IMG/VR virus record: IMGVR_UViG_3300050014_000654
Span: 1 to 49,224 of that record
Strand: one strand, 5' to 3'
Source of the DNA: a virus
Taxonomy: Duplodnaviria; Caudoviricetes
DNA: 49,224 nucleotides
This document shows positions 39,101-48,000 of the stretch, piece after piece. Numbering within the stretch: the stretch's first letter is position 1; each line of letters begins with the position of its first letter. Made by a program: the position numbers and the translations under genes. Below the pieces are notes generated by a model. That model saw nothing but the letters and a program-made list of their open reading frames with translations. It had not been told where the DNA came from and searched no databases.

Positions 39101-39449
39101 AATCGCCGCTCCCCAACTGGAAAAGGGCGTTAATGTTCGTCAATTCCTTCTCAACTTCAATAGTGGAGCTGACGAGCTTACGAAAGGCAGACTGTAAGCC
39201 AAAAATGATACCCGCCGACGCACCGAACGCGATAACACGAGCGTTTGACGCTTCAAGGGACTTCTGGAACTCATTAGCTTTTCCGGTGATTCGACCGAGA
39301 ACTGGAGCCCATTGATTAAGACCCGCGAGACCGGAGTTGACGCCAGTGGAGAGAGAGCGGGAGACTTGGGCACCGAAGACATTAATTGCCCGGTTGATAT
39401 TGGCTTGATCCAACTCAATACCTACGATAAGATTAGCGTCATTGCCCAT
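33138..39449 (-). CDS. Tail tape measure protein
   Basis: 2103 aa, Ala/Gly/Ser-rich and helical. TP901-like core (EFSRQG, LGNSFKTIFTRL) and hydrophobic segments. Confidence 0.92.
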   Translation of the reverse strand: MGNDANLIVGIELDQANINRAINVFGAQVSRSLSTGVNSGLAGLNQWAPVLGRITGKANEFQKSLEASNARVIAFGASAGIIFGLQSAFRKLVSSTIEVEKELTNINALFQLGSGDLAKFSKNLFEVANSTSSMFTDATKAATEFSRQGLGVEEVLKRTASALTLSRLSGLALEDSISSLTATMNSFVRESLTTEDIVNRLTAVDARYAVSAGDLALGLSRVSAAANDAGISLNQTVALITAAQQITARGGSVLGNSFKTIFTRLQRPQILDTLEQTGIAVRDVNGKTKPMIEVLKILSQSYSGLSSSQKSFISETVGGVYQINALKAILQDLGGGLSIVDGALKTAESSAGSAQKRLSELNSTISSSLIRSMNELTRASSNVGTAMIGGTMRSGINSFTKILSGVADSADPSQNGEHSLRNNAAQGALKGIGNVLAGPGLQVAMVGIMKLLTMFGKFAYSAVGSLTLANSKLKDQAEIQKVLAGWLERQPNLLKELALGHTNILDINKQLLNVVRDQAAAFAFTATASKNLATAFTSKGGGISHAAGGYVPSMSDAISESQRARAGGYAPGRVVATTLQDGPRIVPIIANTAETKTRVVRDGQVYETINPPENSYAGRMHKARAPWAYGASGFVSQDLAALPSVIEAINAEKSVVNAAIKIDRNPELVNTLNPQGLGVYNSKQMSLAHAIAQHKKYQSVSEIQSQRTTGHRLIPNLASDFSGGGGSSGMDATFFTSMMMGMMSHISQSVGSPAWLDKLKLSSGRLVDQKEKEIIATRLSIREFANLKNALITGTQSVQWKDPQGKTGTYTSAKALQDAFPNIDAETEKISAYERKRQEQREKTQNRAFKLSMGLGIGGGMATQVVGSNFGATAAEGTDKLTKGLMNAAQIVWAMPGKGGQAAAAGMAGYSTVEALDTWMKGLATAANQFEQLQSRTQKVVAQLDSMAATLNNYDNLLTDSSVSYETLIKEQRKLTELMSQLKGGNEDARGAYVAIAGAGSNTARFAAIDAYKKTQSQNLESQASILDINKRASASSFLGNIYNPNPLGWKTEGEKTQVKEMVNGTSNSFIAEMDDPFKAKALKASSNAASFQSLIGGDKKMQELLSQIENGKVRSTVVERMRVNLGEEASMSTPEGKAAVEKLQKTRAASQAELDMKIHAEAMQKRLFLNQGAYQANNNLDIQEFQTRKNYGSGMQEMAGMQAKGNLYKLQYGDRTNAIYSAKMELSRGEMERKQKVETSRQGTARSVIGGLTQNFDSFLANGEAFKSLNQAGMTAPSISARQFEIRQALNTGIASTMAGRTLERFSDKNGGLDYGKFANEIVKNSGSTDKGVNDTILKYLQNGNSDEILKIAQSGNKDILQINQEQLSQAQQTNENLKGMLEELKFKELSSFMGGMKSLIDRQSRRSMEREGVRGLSLAFGNGNAESRGAGAAGYLKFMQGQGIAIDRKDPMVNALWNIATQGKMAVDYRSTSRIAGITGARFGRGSLPFQGALGYANKNSFGERANAAMLAEFKPENEGILGGASSSSIDASVSNLSREVDIAAAALKSFGASISGSQAAYEQAAKETAATRKKTSETDTAAQRVAEATVKKYSPNRVPDNLSDAEMEKSRRVNGDYKTWDYSGVRGVASSIGGGLAYGIPTAYAIHRLAREKAKIPPANEAPPTSKKALGGDKRSSWMTAEEAAKSGTKLPVSFRAPFHNIAYPKTAAERHAADQLISKQNEDREYKRILQQEKEALNPPKGKPPLIASSTPSADKAFLDHYSGKPPVYNRFPETGGKGGISKKILDALRKGGIRGKTLATLAVLGGAAYSASASEGEDSSPSSLSSILSPSTGGSFTDRMMDTAMDMGKSPGQKYTDKAIDYLRNTAVGETRKNYGETASLGVKYAMDAYNGPVGVGLNLLSDTAGVYSQNKNALSQLAGTEARQRGYLSDDADTVLHSQGKDFLNGSRQFYARISNRTDELNNKRVADEEGSSGIYGRLTSLITPKQFTPESQKELGLLNQRQESLRQSINSGDDAKTAQLITEIKAIFDTLNGKTDKGEATVNSKIDVKISLDSANISDDIQEQFIIPLAEKLMSLEGMVNVLKQGSNATMPPARA

Positions 39450-39478
39450 AAATGTCCTGAGTGTTACCTACTTGAAGA

Positions 39479-39484
39479 TTACAC
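39479..39484 (-). promoter_or_regulatory. GTGTAA(T) putative late-promoter motif
   Basis: Intergenic, 29 nt upstream of the tape measure ATG. Confidence 0.55.
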
Positions 39485-39494
39485 TAAACGCGGG

Positions 39495-40346
39495 CTAGGA
39501 CTTCTCGGATTTGCGCTTCCCGGCTAGAACGGAGTAAGATTGGTCAAACCAAGTGACAATATCATCTATTTTGGTGTCGCCGACTAATTCGGGCGGCTCG
39601 CCAGTGGTTTGGTTGAGAATTGAGAGGTTTCTGCTACCGAGGGAGAAGAGATTGAGCTGATAAGGGGTCAACTGGATGATGGGTTTCCCCAAAAAGGTCT
39701 CAAATGACTCCTTTGAGAACGAAAACGTATTCAAGAAAAACGCCAAAACTGATATCTTTCGCAAATTAGATTCCCTAAACTTGGCAAATACCGAATCATA
39801 GTTCCTGACATAGAAGTTAATCTCATCCTCGTCCATTGCCTCAAAATCAGTCCAACTGGCAAACCTTTTATCCTTGCACGCGCGGTCGTTATAGCAGGAC
39901 GCAAATATCAAATAATTAACCGCATCTTTTTCACTCACGTAATCGGCGGTAATCCCCAGCGCCCCCTGACGGTCTTGAACCTTTTTGTAAAGTTCAACGC
40001 GGGAATCGTCTATAATTTTGCGAATGGGACCTTGCTGCTGGGCAATAATGGTGGGGAGATTCCGTTCATTGTCTTTAATGAGGTATTTTAGGCTGGCGAT
40101 TTTGTCCTCATCGTCTTGGGTCCACTCATTAGTTTCCGCAAGTTCTTTAAGGCGAGCAGTTTCCGACGGCGCGCCGCTGTCCAGATAAGAGTTGTAAATT
40201 TCTATCTTCTTGCGGAGAAGATCAACCTGCTCTACGTCGGTAAGGTGCTTAATGTAGTAATTCCCCTCAGAGACAGGCGAACATCCTTCGATAATTTCCT
40301 GATAAATAATCTTTAGCTCGTCTGCCTCTGGGGGCTGATAGGGCAT
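39495..40346 (-). CDS. Putative tail assembly chaperone (paralog 2)
   Basis: Acidic helical protein directly upstream of the tape measure gene. Similar to 40348-41184. Confidence 0.6.
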   Translation of the reverse strand: MPYQPPEADELKIIYQEIIEGCSPVSEGNYYIKHLTDVEQVDLLRKKIEIYNSYLDSGAPSETARLKELAETNEWTQDDEDKIASLKYLIKDNERNLPTIIAQQQGPIRKIIDDSRVELYKKVQDRQGALGITADYVSEKDAVNYLIFASCYNDRACKDKRFASWTDFEAMDEDEINFYVRNYDSVFAKFRESNLRKISVLAFFLNTFSFSKESFETFLGKPIIQLTPYQLNLFSLGSRNLSILNQTTGEPPELVGDTKIDDIVTWFDQSYSVLAGKRKSEKS

Positions 40347-40347
40347 C

Positions 40348-41184
40348 TTAGCTTACGGGATCGGTTGCCACGGGAGGCTCCGTCTTATCATCAACCGTCA
40401 CGGAAGTCTCGCCCTCCGGCTTGTATGTGGACGAATATTCGTCGTAAACCTTCTCCATAGACTTAAAGTCACTCTCCGTAACTTGATTCTTAGACGTAAA
40501 CCAAAAGCTCACCAAATAGGACATCCGGCGAATTACATCAATGGTAAACGGATCCTCTGCGTCCTCAATATCCTCCAGTTTGACCATTCGATTCTCATAA
40601 TCCACGTCGCCGAATACGGGCTGATAGCCCTTGCCGTCAATATCAATATAGGTCAAAAACAGCGACCACCACTCAATCGTATCGTTACGCGACTTCATTT
40701 CCGCCGTGCTCTCAAAAATGTCCGAGTAGGCGTTTTGGATGCTGTTGGCTTCGTTGTTGACGTTATTGAGGCGCGTGATAATCCGGGATTTTTTCTCGAC
40801 TACCTGTTGGGCGGTCATTCCGTCGCCCTCTTTCAGCGAGTAAAGATTAAGCTGCAATGTTTCGGCTTCGTCGCGGAGAGTCTTAATGCGCTCCTTCTCG
40901 GTCTCCGTCAGGGGTCCGCCGTCGTTGGCGTAACGCTTGGCAACCAAAGAGAATGAGAGAAGTCCCGCGCGCAAATAATCCGAAAGAGATTTCGCATAAT
41001 AGAGTTCTGCCGACTTGTAGAGTTTGCGGTCGGGCTTAATGAGGGCGACCTTGATTGGACTGAGCTTCTTTACGGTGCGCTTGATTTCGACCTTTTGACC
41101 GTTCTCCTCGCGGGTTTCAGTGATCTGTTCTTCGACGAGCTTGTTGATTGTCGTTTGGTAGAGGAATTTGAGTTCTTTGGACAT
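40348..41184 (-). CDS. Putative tail assembly chaperone (paralog 1)
   Basis: Acidic coiled-coil protein between the tail tube and tape measure genes. Confidence 0.6.
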   Translation of the reverse strand: MSKELKFLYQTTINKLVEEQITETREENGQKVEIKRTVKKLSPIKVALIKPDRKLYKSAELYYAKSLSDYLRAGLLSFSLVAKRYANDGGPLTETEKERIKTLRDEAETLQLNLYSLKEGDGMTAQQVVEKKSRIITRLNNVNNEANSIQNAYSDIFESTAEMKSRNDTIEWWSLFLTYIDIDGKGYQPVFGDVDYENRMVKLEDIEDAEDPFTIDVIRRMSYLVSFWFTSKNQVTESDFKSMEKVYDEYSSTYKPEGETSVTVDDKTEPPVATDPVS

Positions 41185-41204
41185 AAATTTTAATGTTGTT
41201 TCAA

Positions 41205-41561
41205 TTATTTTAGCTCTACAGGCATAGAAGTGATGACTTTTTTTGTAATAACTTTTTGGGAGGCAGCGGCGAGGACCTTTTCTTGGTCAATCGTGAACTC
41301 AAAGAACGACAAAAAGGACATCAATTGCCTCAAATGACCATTCCCCCGGTCAAGGATTCTCTTGCGGAGTTGGTCGTGTTTGGACTCGGTAAAGTAGTTG
41401 ATATTATCGGCGAAGTCTTGACTGGTCTGCGCGGCGACCTTTTGGAGGAGGATTTGGTGGTCGCTACGGATGTCTTCAAGCATCTCAAGAAAGTCCTTAT
41501 ACAAGGCTGTGATTTCTTTGTTCGCTTGAATCTGTATGAGATTATTTTCAATTGTGTTCAT
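41205..41561 (-). CDS. Small helical protein, possible gpG-like chaperone
   Basis: 118 aa from ATG 41561, preceded by a terminator and GTGTAAT. A7 slippery run near its 3' end. Confidence 0.65.
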   Translation of the reverse strand: MNTIENNLIQIQANKEITALYKDFLEMLEDIRSDHQILLQKVAAQTSQDFADNINYFTESKHDQLRKRILDRGNGHLRQLMSFLSFFEFTIDQEKVLAAASQKVITKKVITSMPVELK

Positions 41562-41586
41562 AAGTGAACCCTTTCGCCAAAAATAA

Positions 41587-41592
41587 TTACAC
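41587..41592 (-). promoter_or_regulatory. GTGTAA(T) putative late-promoter motif
   Basis: Just downstream of the tail-tube terminator, 25 nt before ATG 41561. Confidence 0.55.
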
Positions 41593-41600
41593 TTAAAGGC

Positions 41601-41635
41601 AAGAAAAACCCCCAAGGATTGCTCCAAGGGGGGTT
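41601..41635 (-). terminator. Rho-independent terminator after the tail tube gene
   Basis: Minus strand AACCCCCC-TT-GGA-GCAA-TCC-TT-GGGGGTT followed by TTTCTT, with a GNRA loop. Confidence 0.7.
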
Positions 41636-41655
41636 CGTATGGAGAAAACTTAGAA

Positions 41656-42519
41656 TTACGCTTTAGTCGTGAACGTGGCGGTCGTATCTTCGGCAGAGAA
41701 GTTATAGGTTGCGCCCGCATTACCAACGGCGTTGTTGAATGACTTCGAGGTGATCTTGGCGTTCGGCAGTTTAATGCCCAAATGACCGAGAACGAATTCT
41801 CCAGCGGCGTTAAGTGCAATCGTGGCGCTGTTAGCATTGGAAACGTCCACACCAAAACCCTCAACCGCGATGGTGGCTTTATAAGGGGGTTTCGTTGCAA
41901 TCATGGAACTCATCGAGGTCGACTGAGCTTCATCAGGATTGCTACCCAGACAAGCCAAAGTGTCCGTGGGCATGTCCAGCGAGAATTTGTAGGAGGTAGA
42001 GCAACCAACGCCCGTAATCATACCGCTTGCCTGCATTGTGGTGACGGGTTCAATCACGGCGGGCATTGAAGCCTGCTCGGTGCTAGCGTTACCAACTACG
42101 GCGAATACTGGATTGCCAACTCCATTAAAACTCAAATCTGCGGTTCCAAAGCTACCCAAAGAAAGGTCAACGCCCAAAGACGACATAATCCCAGACATTG
42201 TAAAGCCATTAGGCGTTACCGTCACGACCGTCATTTGACCCTTAACGGCGTCGCCAGTAATATCAGAAATAGCGGCGGCGGTCAATCCAGAACCATTGCT
42301 GCCCGTGCCCAGATAGGTCTTAATGCTCGAACGGCAAGTCGTCAAATTGGTTTGTGCGGCGGCAAGCGATCCCAAATGACCGAATGCATTAATGTAATCG
42401 GTGGGTTTAGTCGCCTCGCACGACGCGGACGAGACGGGTAAGTAATAGGTATTCCCCAATCCGCCACTGACCGCGATTGAGACGGTTTGACCAACGTAAA
42501 GTGCTCTTGAAATTGCCAT
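41656..42519 (-). CDS. Major tail tube protein (putative)
   Basis: 287 aa, S/T/G/A-rich and beta-rich. Has its own promoter motif, an AAGGA ribosome-binding site and a terminator, and sits in the canonical position. Confidence 0.75.
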   Translation of the reverse strand: MAISRALYVGQTVSIAVSGGLGNTYYLPVSSASCEATKPTDYINAFGHLGSLAAAQTNLTTCRSSIKTYLGTGSNGSGLTAAAISDITGDAVKGQMTVVTVTPNGFTMSGIMSSLGVDLSLGSFGTADLSFNGVGNPVFAVVGNASTEQASMPAVIEPVTTMQASGMITGVGCSTSYKFSLDMPTDTLACLGSNPDEAQSTSMSSMIATKPPYKATIAVEGFGVDVSNANSATIALNAAGEFVLGHLGIKLPNAKITSKSFNNAVGNAGATYNFSAEDTTATFTTKA

Positions 42520-42548
42520 ATATTTTGTCCTTTAGTGCTTAGATTTTA

Positions 42549-42554
42549 TTACAT
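42549..42554 (-). promoter_or_regulatory. ATGTAA(T) variant of the putative late-promoter motif
   Basis: 29 nt upstream of the tail tube ATG. Confidence 0.5.
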
Positions 42555-42583
42555 TTAAAAAGTTCGATTGTGAAAAAAAAGAT

Positions 42584-43414
42584 TTAGCGGTTTGCCCTGA
42601 CCGTGCTTAACTCGAAGTCTACATAGCACATGCTCCTCGCCACGAATTTGAAGTCGCCAATCTGCGGGACGTCTATACTCTTTACACTTAAAATCCAAGG
42701 AACATAGGATGTATCCCTTGGAAGGGTGTCATAATTGTAGTTTACACCCGTCATATTGCCCATCGCATTGAACGGGACCGACGTCACCATGGGGATTTGG
42801 TGAAGATTAAAATTCTTTAAAATAGTCGAAACGGCAGTCTTCTGAAAGACGTTATCAGCCAGCACTATAGCACGAATTGAAATTGAATTGTTGTCCAACC
42901 CAGCGAATGCAAAAGGCTTATTCTCCTGAGTTTTTGTGCGGAGATAGATTACGGGGGTGGTTTGAACGTCAAGCGCGACCCCAGACGTGTCTTGGACGTA
43001 TTTGTTGTTGGTCTTATATTCACTCTCGAAAAGGAGCTTGTATTCAGGCTGGTCGGTGAGTTTTACGTCAAACTCTTTGACCGAGTAGTTGCTGCTTATC
43101 ACAGTGGAGGCGGGTAATGCCCCGGTAAAATAAAGTGTTGATTGATAATGATTTATGGCGGCGAGACCACTTTGCCCAACTTTAACGAAGTTTCCATTGA
43201 GATACACCCCAGACATTACGGTTGCACCACTTATGGATGTATCGTTGCAAATAGGCTTCACTGGAGCCGAATAGGCATACATTCCGCCGATGTTGCTTTG
43301 GATGGGATAAAACCGACTCGAATAGCCATAAAATGCCTGCCCGCGCTTTTGGACCTCGTGGTCCACCATTAAGAGGAAGTTACTGATTACTTGGTTATCA
43401 AATTGCGCGATCAT
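42584..43414 (-). CDS. Putative tail terminator/neck protein
   Basis: Synteny: gene immediately before the tail tube gene. Confidence 0.55.
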   Translation of the reverse strand: MIAQFDNQVISNFLLMVDHEVQKRGQAFYGYSSRFYPIQSNIGGMYAYSAPVKPICNDTSISGATVMSGVYLNGNFVKVGQSGLAAINHYQSTLYFTGALPASTVISSNYSVKEFDVKLTDQPEYKLLFESEYKTNNKYVQDTSGVALDVQTTPVIYLRTKTQENKPFAFAGLDNNSISIRAIVLADNVFQKTAVSTILKNFNLHQIPMVTSVPFNAMGNMTGVNYNYDTLPRDTSYVPWILSVKSIDVPQIGDFKFVARSMCYVDFELSTVRANR

Positions 43415-43416
43415 AT

Positions 43417-44034
43417 TTAAAAGTCGCTTCCGTTCCCGTTTATCCTCTCCCTAAAAAGCTCCAAAATTTCCGAAATATACGGCTTGGGAACAAAAGGAGC
43501 GGAATTATAGTCTCCCTTAACTTGAATTGCGGGACCAGAATGACTGGTAGGGAATTGCTTATACTGGTTGTACATGTAATGACTAATATTACTGATTCCG
43601 CGCTCAACCGCGAAAGCCCAACTGTTACCCGGCTCCCAAGGCATATCGCTCGCCCAAGATAGGAGTGACTTCGACGCTGGTTCCACTCGAAAATAGAACT
43701 TACCCTCACGATAAACCGTTCTCTGAAAAATAGTTCCGTCGTAAAGAGCTTGTCTTAAAGCCTCTGTTGGTCTGGATCCGGCATCAAACCCAAGGTAAGA
43801 AAAGAGATTCCCGTATCCACCAAGAGTCCCGCTGGAATTCCCCGCACGTTCGCCGCCGTTAATCTCTTGGGTAATCGCGTGAGTGTCGAATCTCCGCATC
43901 ATCGCTTTTTTTGCCCGCCAAAAGACTCCATACGCGCGGTCGTAACTGAGTCGCATAACATCAGGATTCTTACCCGCGCCCACAAGCATTTTGCGGCGGA
44001 TAGACCCCATGTTAAGTTGAACTCGAACGGACAT
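43417..44034 (-). CDS. Putative tail completion/neck protein
   Basis: Basic protein with WAFAVERG and PKPYISE motifs reminiscent of HK97 gp10-like proteins. Synteny. Confidence 0.55.
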   Translation of the reverse strand: MSVRVQLNMGSIRRKMLVGAGKNPDVMRLSYDRAYGVFWRAKKAMMRRFDTHAITQEINGGERAGNSSGTLGGYGNLFSYLGFDAGSRPTEALRQALYDGTIFQRTVYREGKFYFRVEPASKSLLSWASDMPWEPGNSWAFAVERGISNISHYMYNQYKQFPTSHSGPAIQVKGDYNSAPFVPKPYISEILELFRERINGNGSDF

Positions 44035-44486
44035 TACGCGGTGTTCCTTAGGCGAAATTTGAAATACTCTCCAGTGGCGATAAAGTGAGCCTTGGATTCG
44101 TTACCCAAAACGATATAGGTGTTATCGTCGATGGTAATCTTCTCGGTTTTGCCGTTATTAATAAAAGCACGGGCGTCGCCACGGACTTTAATGGTAATAT
44201 CTTCGGCGTAAATTTGAGCGTTAATATCGGGCTGAGTGTCGCCGTCCTTAATACTTTCCAATGGAGTCCGAACGGTCGCCGGGAATACCCCCGTAACTGG
44301 AGTGTAAGTATATTGCACCTCTTGCTGATTCTCACCAAAACCAAAAAGATTTGCACCCGGATTCACAACGACGGGTGTTTTGAGCGGCTCCTTATAAACA
44401 ACAATATCTTGGCAAAAACCATCAAAGGCGTCACTTACGTCAATTAGGAGTGCGGCTTTTTCTTCGTTAGAAATGATATTCGCCAT
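44034..44486 (-). CDS. Putative head closure protein
   Basis: 150 aa, beta-rich, with KITIDDNTY. Synteny. Confidence 0.55.
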   Translation of the reverse strand: MANIISNEEKAALLIDVSDAFDGFCQDIVVYKEPLKTPVVVNPGANLFGFGENQQEVQYTYTPVTGVFPATVRTPLESIKDGDTQPDINAQIYAEDITIKVRGDARAFINNGKTEKITIDDNTYIVLGNESKAHFIATGEYFKFRLRNTA

Positions 44487-44491
44487 AAACC

Positions 44492-44989
44492 TTAGTTGTA
44501 GTTACGGACCCAGTGATTTTGGCTGTTATAGTAACCCTGCTGGTCATCGTCACCCGCGATGGAGGACGGCGGAGAACTGGCAGAACGATGGGCATTGACG
44601 AGTTTATCTAAGAAAATCATTTCCTCTTTTTTGATACTAGCCAAGGTTTTGCTGACCTCATTGCGATTGACGCGCTGGACTTTGGTATCGCCGTCCTGAG
44701 CCATGATAACTCCTTGGGACGCAAGGGCATTCATATTTTGCCTCACTTGAACATCCAAGTCGTAGCAACGATATAACTGCTTGATAATCGCGGCGGCGTC
44801 CATGGAGATTTCGGATCCATCGGCGTGAGTTACCTCGGTTGGTGTCCCCGTCAGCGCGAATGTTTCAAATAACAGGCTATTGATTGCGCCAATCTTCGAG
44901 CGCACCCAAAACTCGATTGCGACTTCGGTTGTGTAAGTCGGACTTCCGGCTTCGAGGAAGATTTCGTTGGCTATGTCGGCGACTTTCAT
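44492..44989 (-). CDS. Putative head-tail adaptor
   Basis: 165-aa helical protein, first gene after a GTGTAAT motif. Synteny. Confidence 0.5.
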   Translation of the reverse strand: MKVADIANEIFLEAGSPTYTTEVAIEFWVRSKIGAINSLLFETFALTGTPTEVTHADGSEISMDAAAIIKQLYRCYDLDVQVRQNMNALASQGVIMAQDGDTKVQRVNRNEVSKTLASIKKEEMIFLDKLVNAHRSASSPPSSIAGDDDQQGYYNSQNHWVRNYN

Positions 44990-45000
44990 TGCAATAAAGA

Positions 45001-45006
45001 TTACAC
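45001..45006 (-). promoter_or_regulatory. GTGTAA(T) putative late-promoter motif
   Basis: 11 nt upstream of ATG 44989. Confidence 0.55.
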
Positions 45007-45029
45007 TTTAAGACCGCACGTTAATCACA

Positions 45030-48000
45030 TCAATAGTATTCACGTTCAAAAACCCCTAATATTTGACCTCTAACTTTTCTAAACTTGAATACCCAATAAA
45101 TCTTTACACCAATTAAATTTTCAAAAGTTGTTGTATCCGAATAAGGTTTTTGACTGTCTGCCCCACCAGCCCAAACGATAGAATCGCCAGCCCATATAAA
45201 AGGAGGATTAGTCGCGTTATTAATAGCCCCGCTTGTGACAACCGTATAATCAATTGTTTTACCCTCTATAGAGTTAGCCATAGTTACATTTAAAGTCTGC
45301 CAAAAACTGTTCCCTATTTCCCAAGCTGTAGAAATGAAGGAAGTTCCAGACCTCCAATCAATCACACAAGACAATCCCGTTCCAAAATCAATCGTGGTCC
45401 CTACTCCAGCCCCACTTACGCCGCTGATATTGTTAATCATGCTAACCAGACTAGCGCCCGTTGTAGCGAGATTTGCGGCGGTGGCATAGCCTTGGTTCGT
45501 AACCCAAGATTGGGTTGTGTATCCGCTCGGGTTGGTCTTAGGATAGTAAGTTGAACCCATTGTCCCCGAAAGGCTAACGATAGACGAATTTAAAGTCGAT
45601 CCTGTCGCCGCAAGGTTAGCTGATGTAGCGTATGCTTGCGTTGTGACCCAAGATTGTGTGGCGTATCCATTGGGGTTACTCGCCGCGTAATAATAAGAGC
45701 CGTGCTGCCCATCCAGTGTGTCCGCGTTAGAAAAAACGCCCGTCTGACTTGACATAACGAACCCACTTGGGTTCCCAACGAGAGGATAATAACTGCCCCC
45801 TCCAACGGTAATATTGTTAATCTGAGTTTGGAGATTTGAGCCCGTGGAGGCGAGATTAGCCACGCTTGCGTAATACGAGCCATGTTGACCGTCCAGTGTG
45901 TCGGCTCCGGTTGCCACGCCGTTAAAGGTCGTTGCCGTAACAGAGGAGCAAGTAATAACCCCGCTTACATCAAGAGCACTAACGGGCGCGCTGTTTCTAA
46001 TCCCAACCCTGCCTGATATTGGTTGCAGTAAAATATTGTATGCAGTCGCCGTGCCATCGGTACGCTGATTCTGCATCCAAGTGTCACCGTTATTGGCATT
46101 ACCAACTATCAAGCCATAATTTCCACCGTCTGAGAAAACACCAAATGTTCCACTTTTCGCGCCTAATGTTGGTAATACCGACCATGCGCCGCCCGACTCT
46201 GTGACCGACAAAATATTACCGGGGGTATTCGTATTAATTCCAACATTGGTGCCATTGTCGAATATTTTACTTGTAGCGGTGAGCACGTTAGAAGACCACT
46301 TAGGCAAATAATTGTCCGTTTTACCAGAGAAAACAACCCCGCCGCCAACCGAGAGATTGTTAATTTGAGTTTGTAAATTTGATCCCGTCGCCGCTAGATT
46401 GACAATACTTGCGAAAACCCCCGTTTGACTGGATGTGATAACCGGGGACCCAGAAATAGAAAGGCTTTGACCAACCCAATTACCCGAAAGAATTCTATTC
46501 TGCCAATCAATTGACGTGGTTAGAAGCGTCGTCATCCCCAAACGTGATACGATATTTAGAGACGTTTTGTCGGCATCGTCGTAGATGGAAAGAGAACTGT
46601 TATATGGGTAAATTTTAGCTACGTTAACGTAATTCGAGAATGTTTTCGCGCCAGTAATTGTTTGGGTTGTCCCGGTTGTTACAAAATCAGCGGCGTGCAA
46701 GCCATCTAAAGTATCGGAATTTGAAGCCGTACCATTAAAAGCCGTTGCGTTCACAGAGGAACACGTAATAACTCCACTGACGTCTAAAGCACTGGTCGGG
46801 GACGCGGTTAGAATTCCAAGTTTTCCATTGGTGAATGTCGCGGTATCTGTTAATGCAGAAACATTTCCAATATGAGTTTGGACTTTCAGATACGAATTGG
46901 ACCAAAGATTAAAATCTGTGTATCCTGCGACGATATTCGCGACTGAATAAGTCCTTTGCTGGGCGTCGTTACCCGCCCTAAAGGCTATGCCCGCCGATCC
47001 AGTCACGGACGTTCCAGAATTGGCAATGGTTAAAATCTGAGTTAGAGACGAAGCCGTGCCGATTCCGATACCGACCCCATCGTCGAAAAGGTTACTCGAC
47101 GCCGTCAAAGTATTGGCGGACCACTTTGGGAAATAGTTTGTCGTTTTACCGGAAAAGGTGACTCCGGTTCCAACGGATATATTGGTAATTTGCGTTTGAA
47201 GGTAAGCGCCCGTGGAATTTAAATTCGCGGAGGTCGCGAACAAACCAGTTTGAGACGCCGATACGGCTGGAGAGCCAGAAATACTGAGAGCATTTACCGA
47301 CCAATTTCCAACGAGGCTTTTGTTGTTCCAATCCAATGACGTCGCGCCTACCGTGTTGGTCAATTGTCGGTTAGCAACATTTATACTCTCAATCGACGAG
47401 GCATCATAAAGGGATAGCCCGACGTTTGACGGATAGAGTCCGACGCAACCAACACTGCCGTTTACATCGAGATCATAAACTGGAGTAGCCTTATTAACAC
47501 TAACTTTGGCGTTATCGTGGACGATTAAGACGTCTCGTAAACCGCCTACCGTGTTATATTGCGTCTGAAAGCGGATTTGGCTTCCATTAGTGCCATTATG
47601 TTCGTTAAATTTGATTGCGGCGAGAGTTCCATCTGCGTTTTGAGAAAAAAGAATCCCTAGCCCGGCTCCGGTAGAGTCTGTGTAGCGTAAATTGCTGGTT
47701 AGCTTAAGAATGTTAGCGTTGGAATTGACAATCCCCGCATGAGCTATTTCAAGTTTAGTTGTGGGCGCGCTTGCATTAATCCCAAAATTGCCGTTGGGTA
47801 GAATGGTCGCTTTTATGCTTGGATTATCAGTTAAAGCACCTCCTTCAGTTTTGGTATAGAAGTTTATTTTGCCGCCGATATCATTTGCGCCCGGTCTCGT
47901 TTCTTCAAAAGACAACCATCCCAATTTAGCTGATTCTCCATTAGCAGTGTCGTTATAAAAGCCCTCTACTCTGCTTGAGCCACCAATTCGACTGCCATTT

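Noticed and set aside
41562-41900. N-terminal extension of the 231-aa ORF
   Set aside because: It overlaps the tail tube gene, its terminator and a promoter motif. ATG 41561 is the better start.
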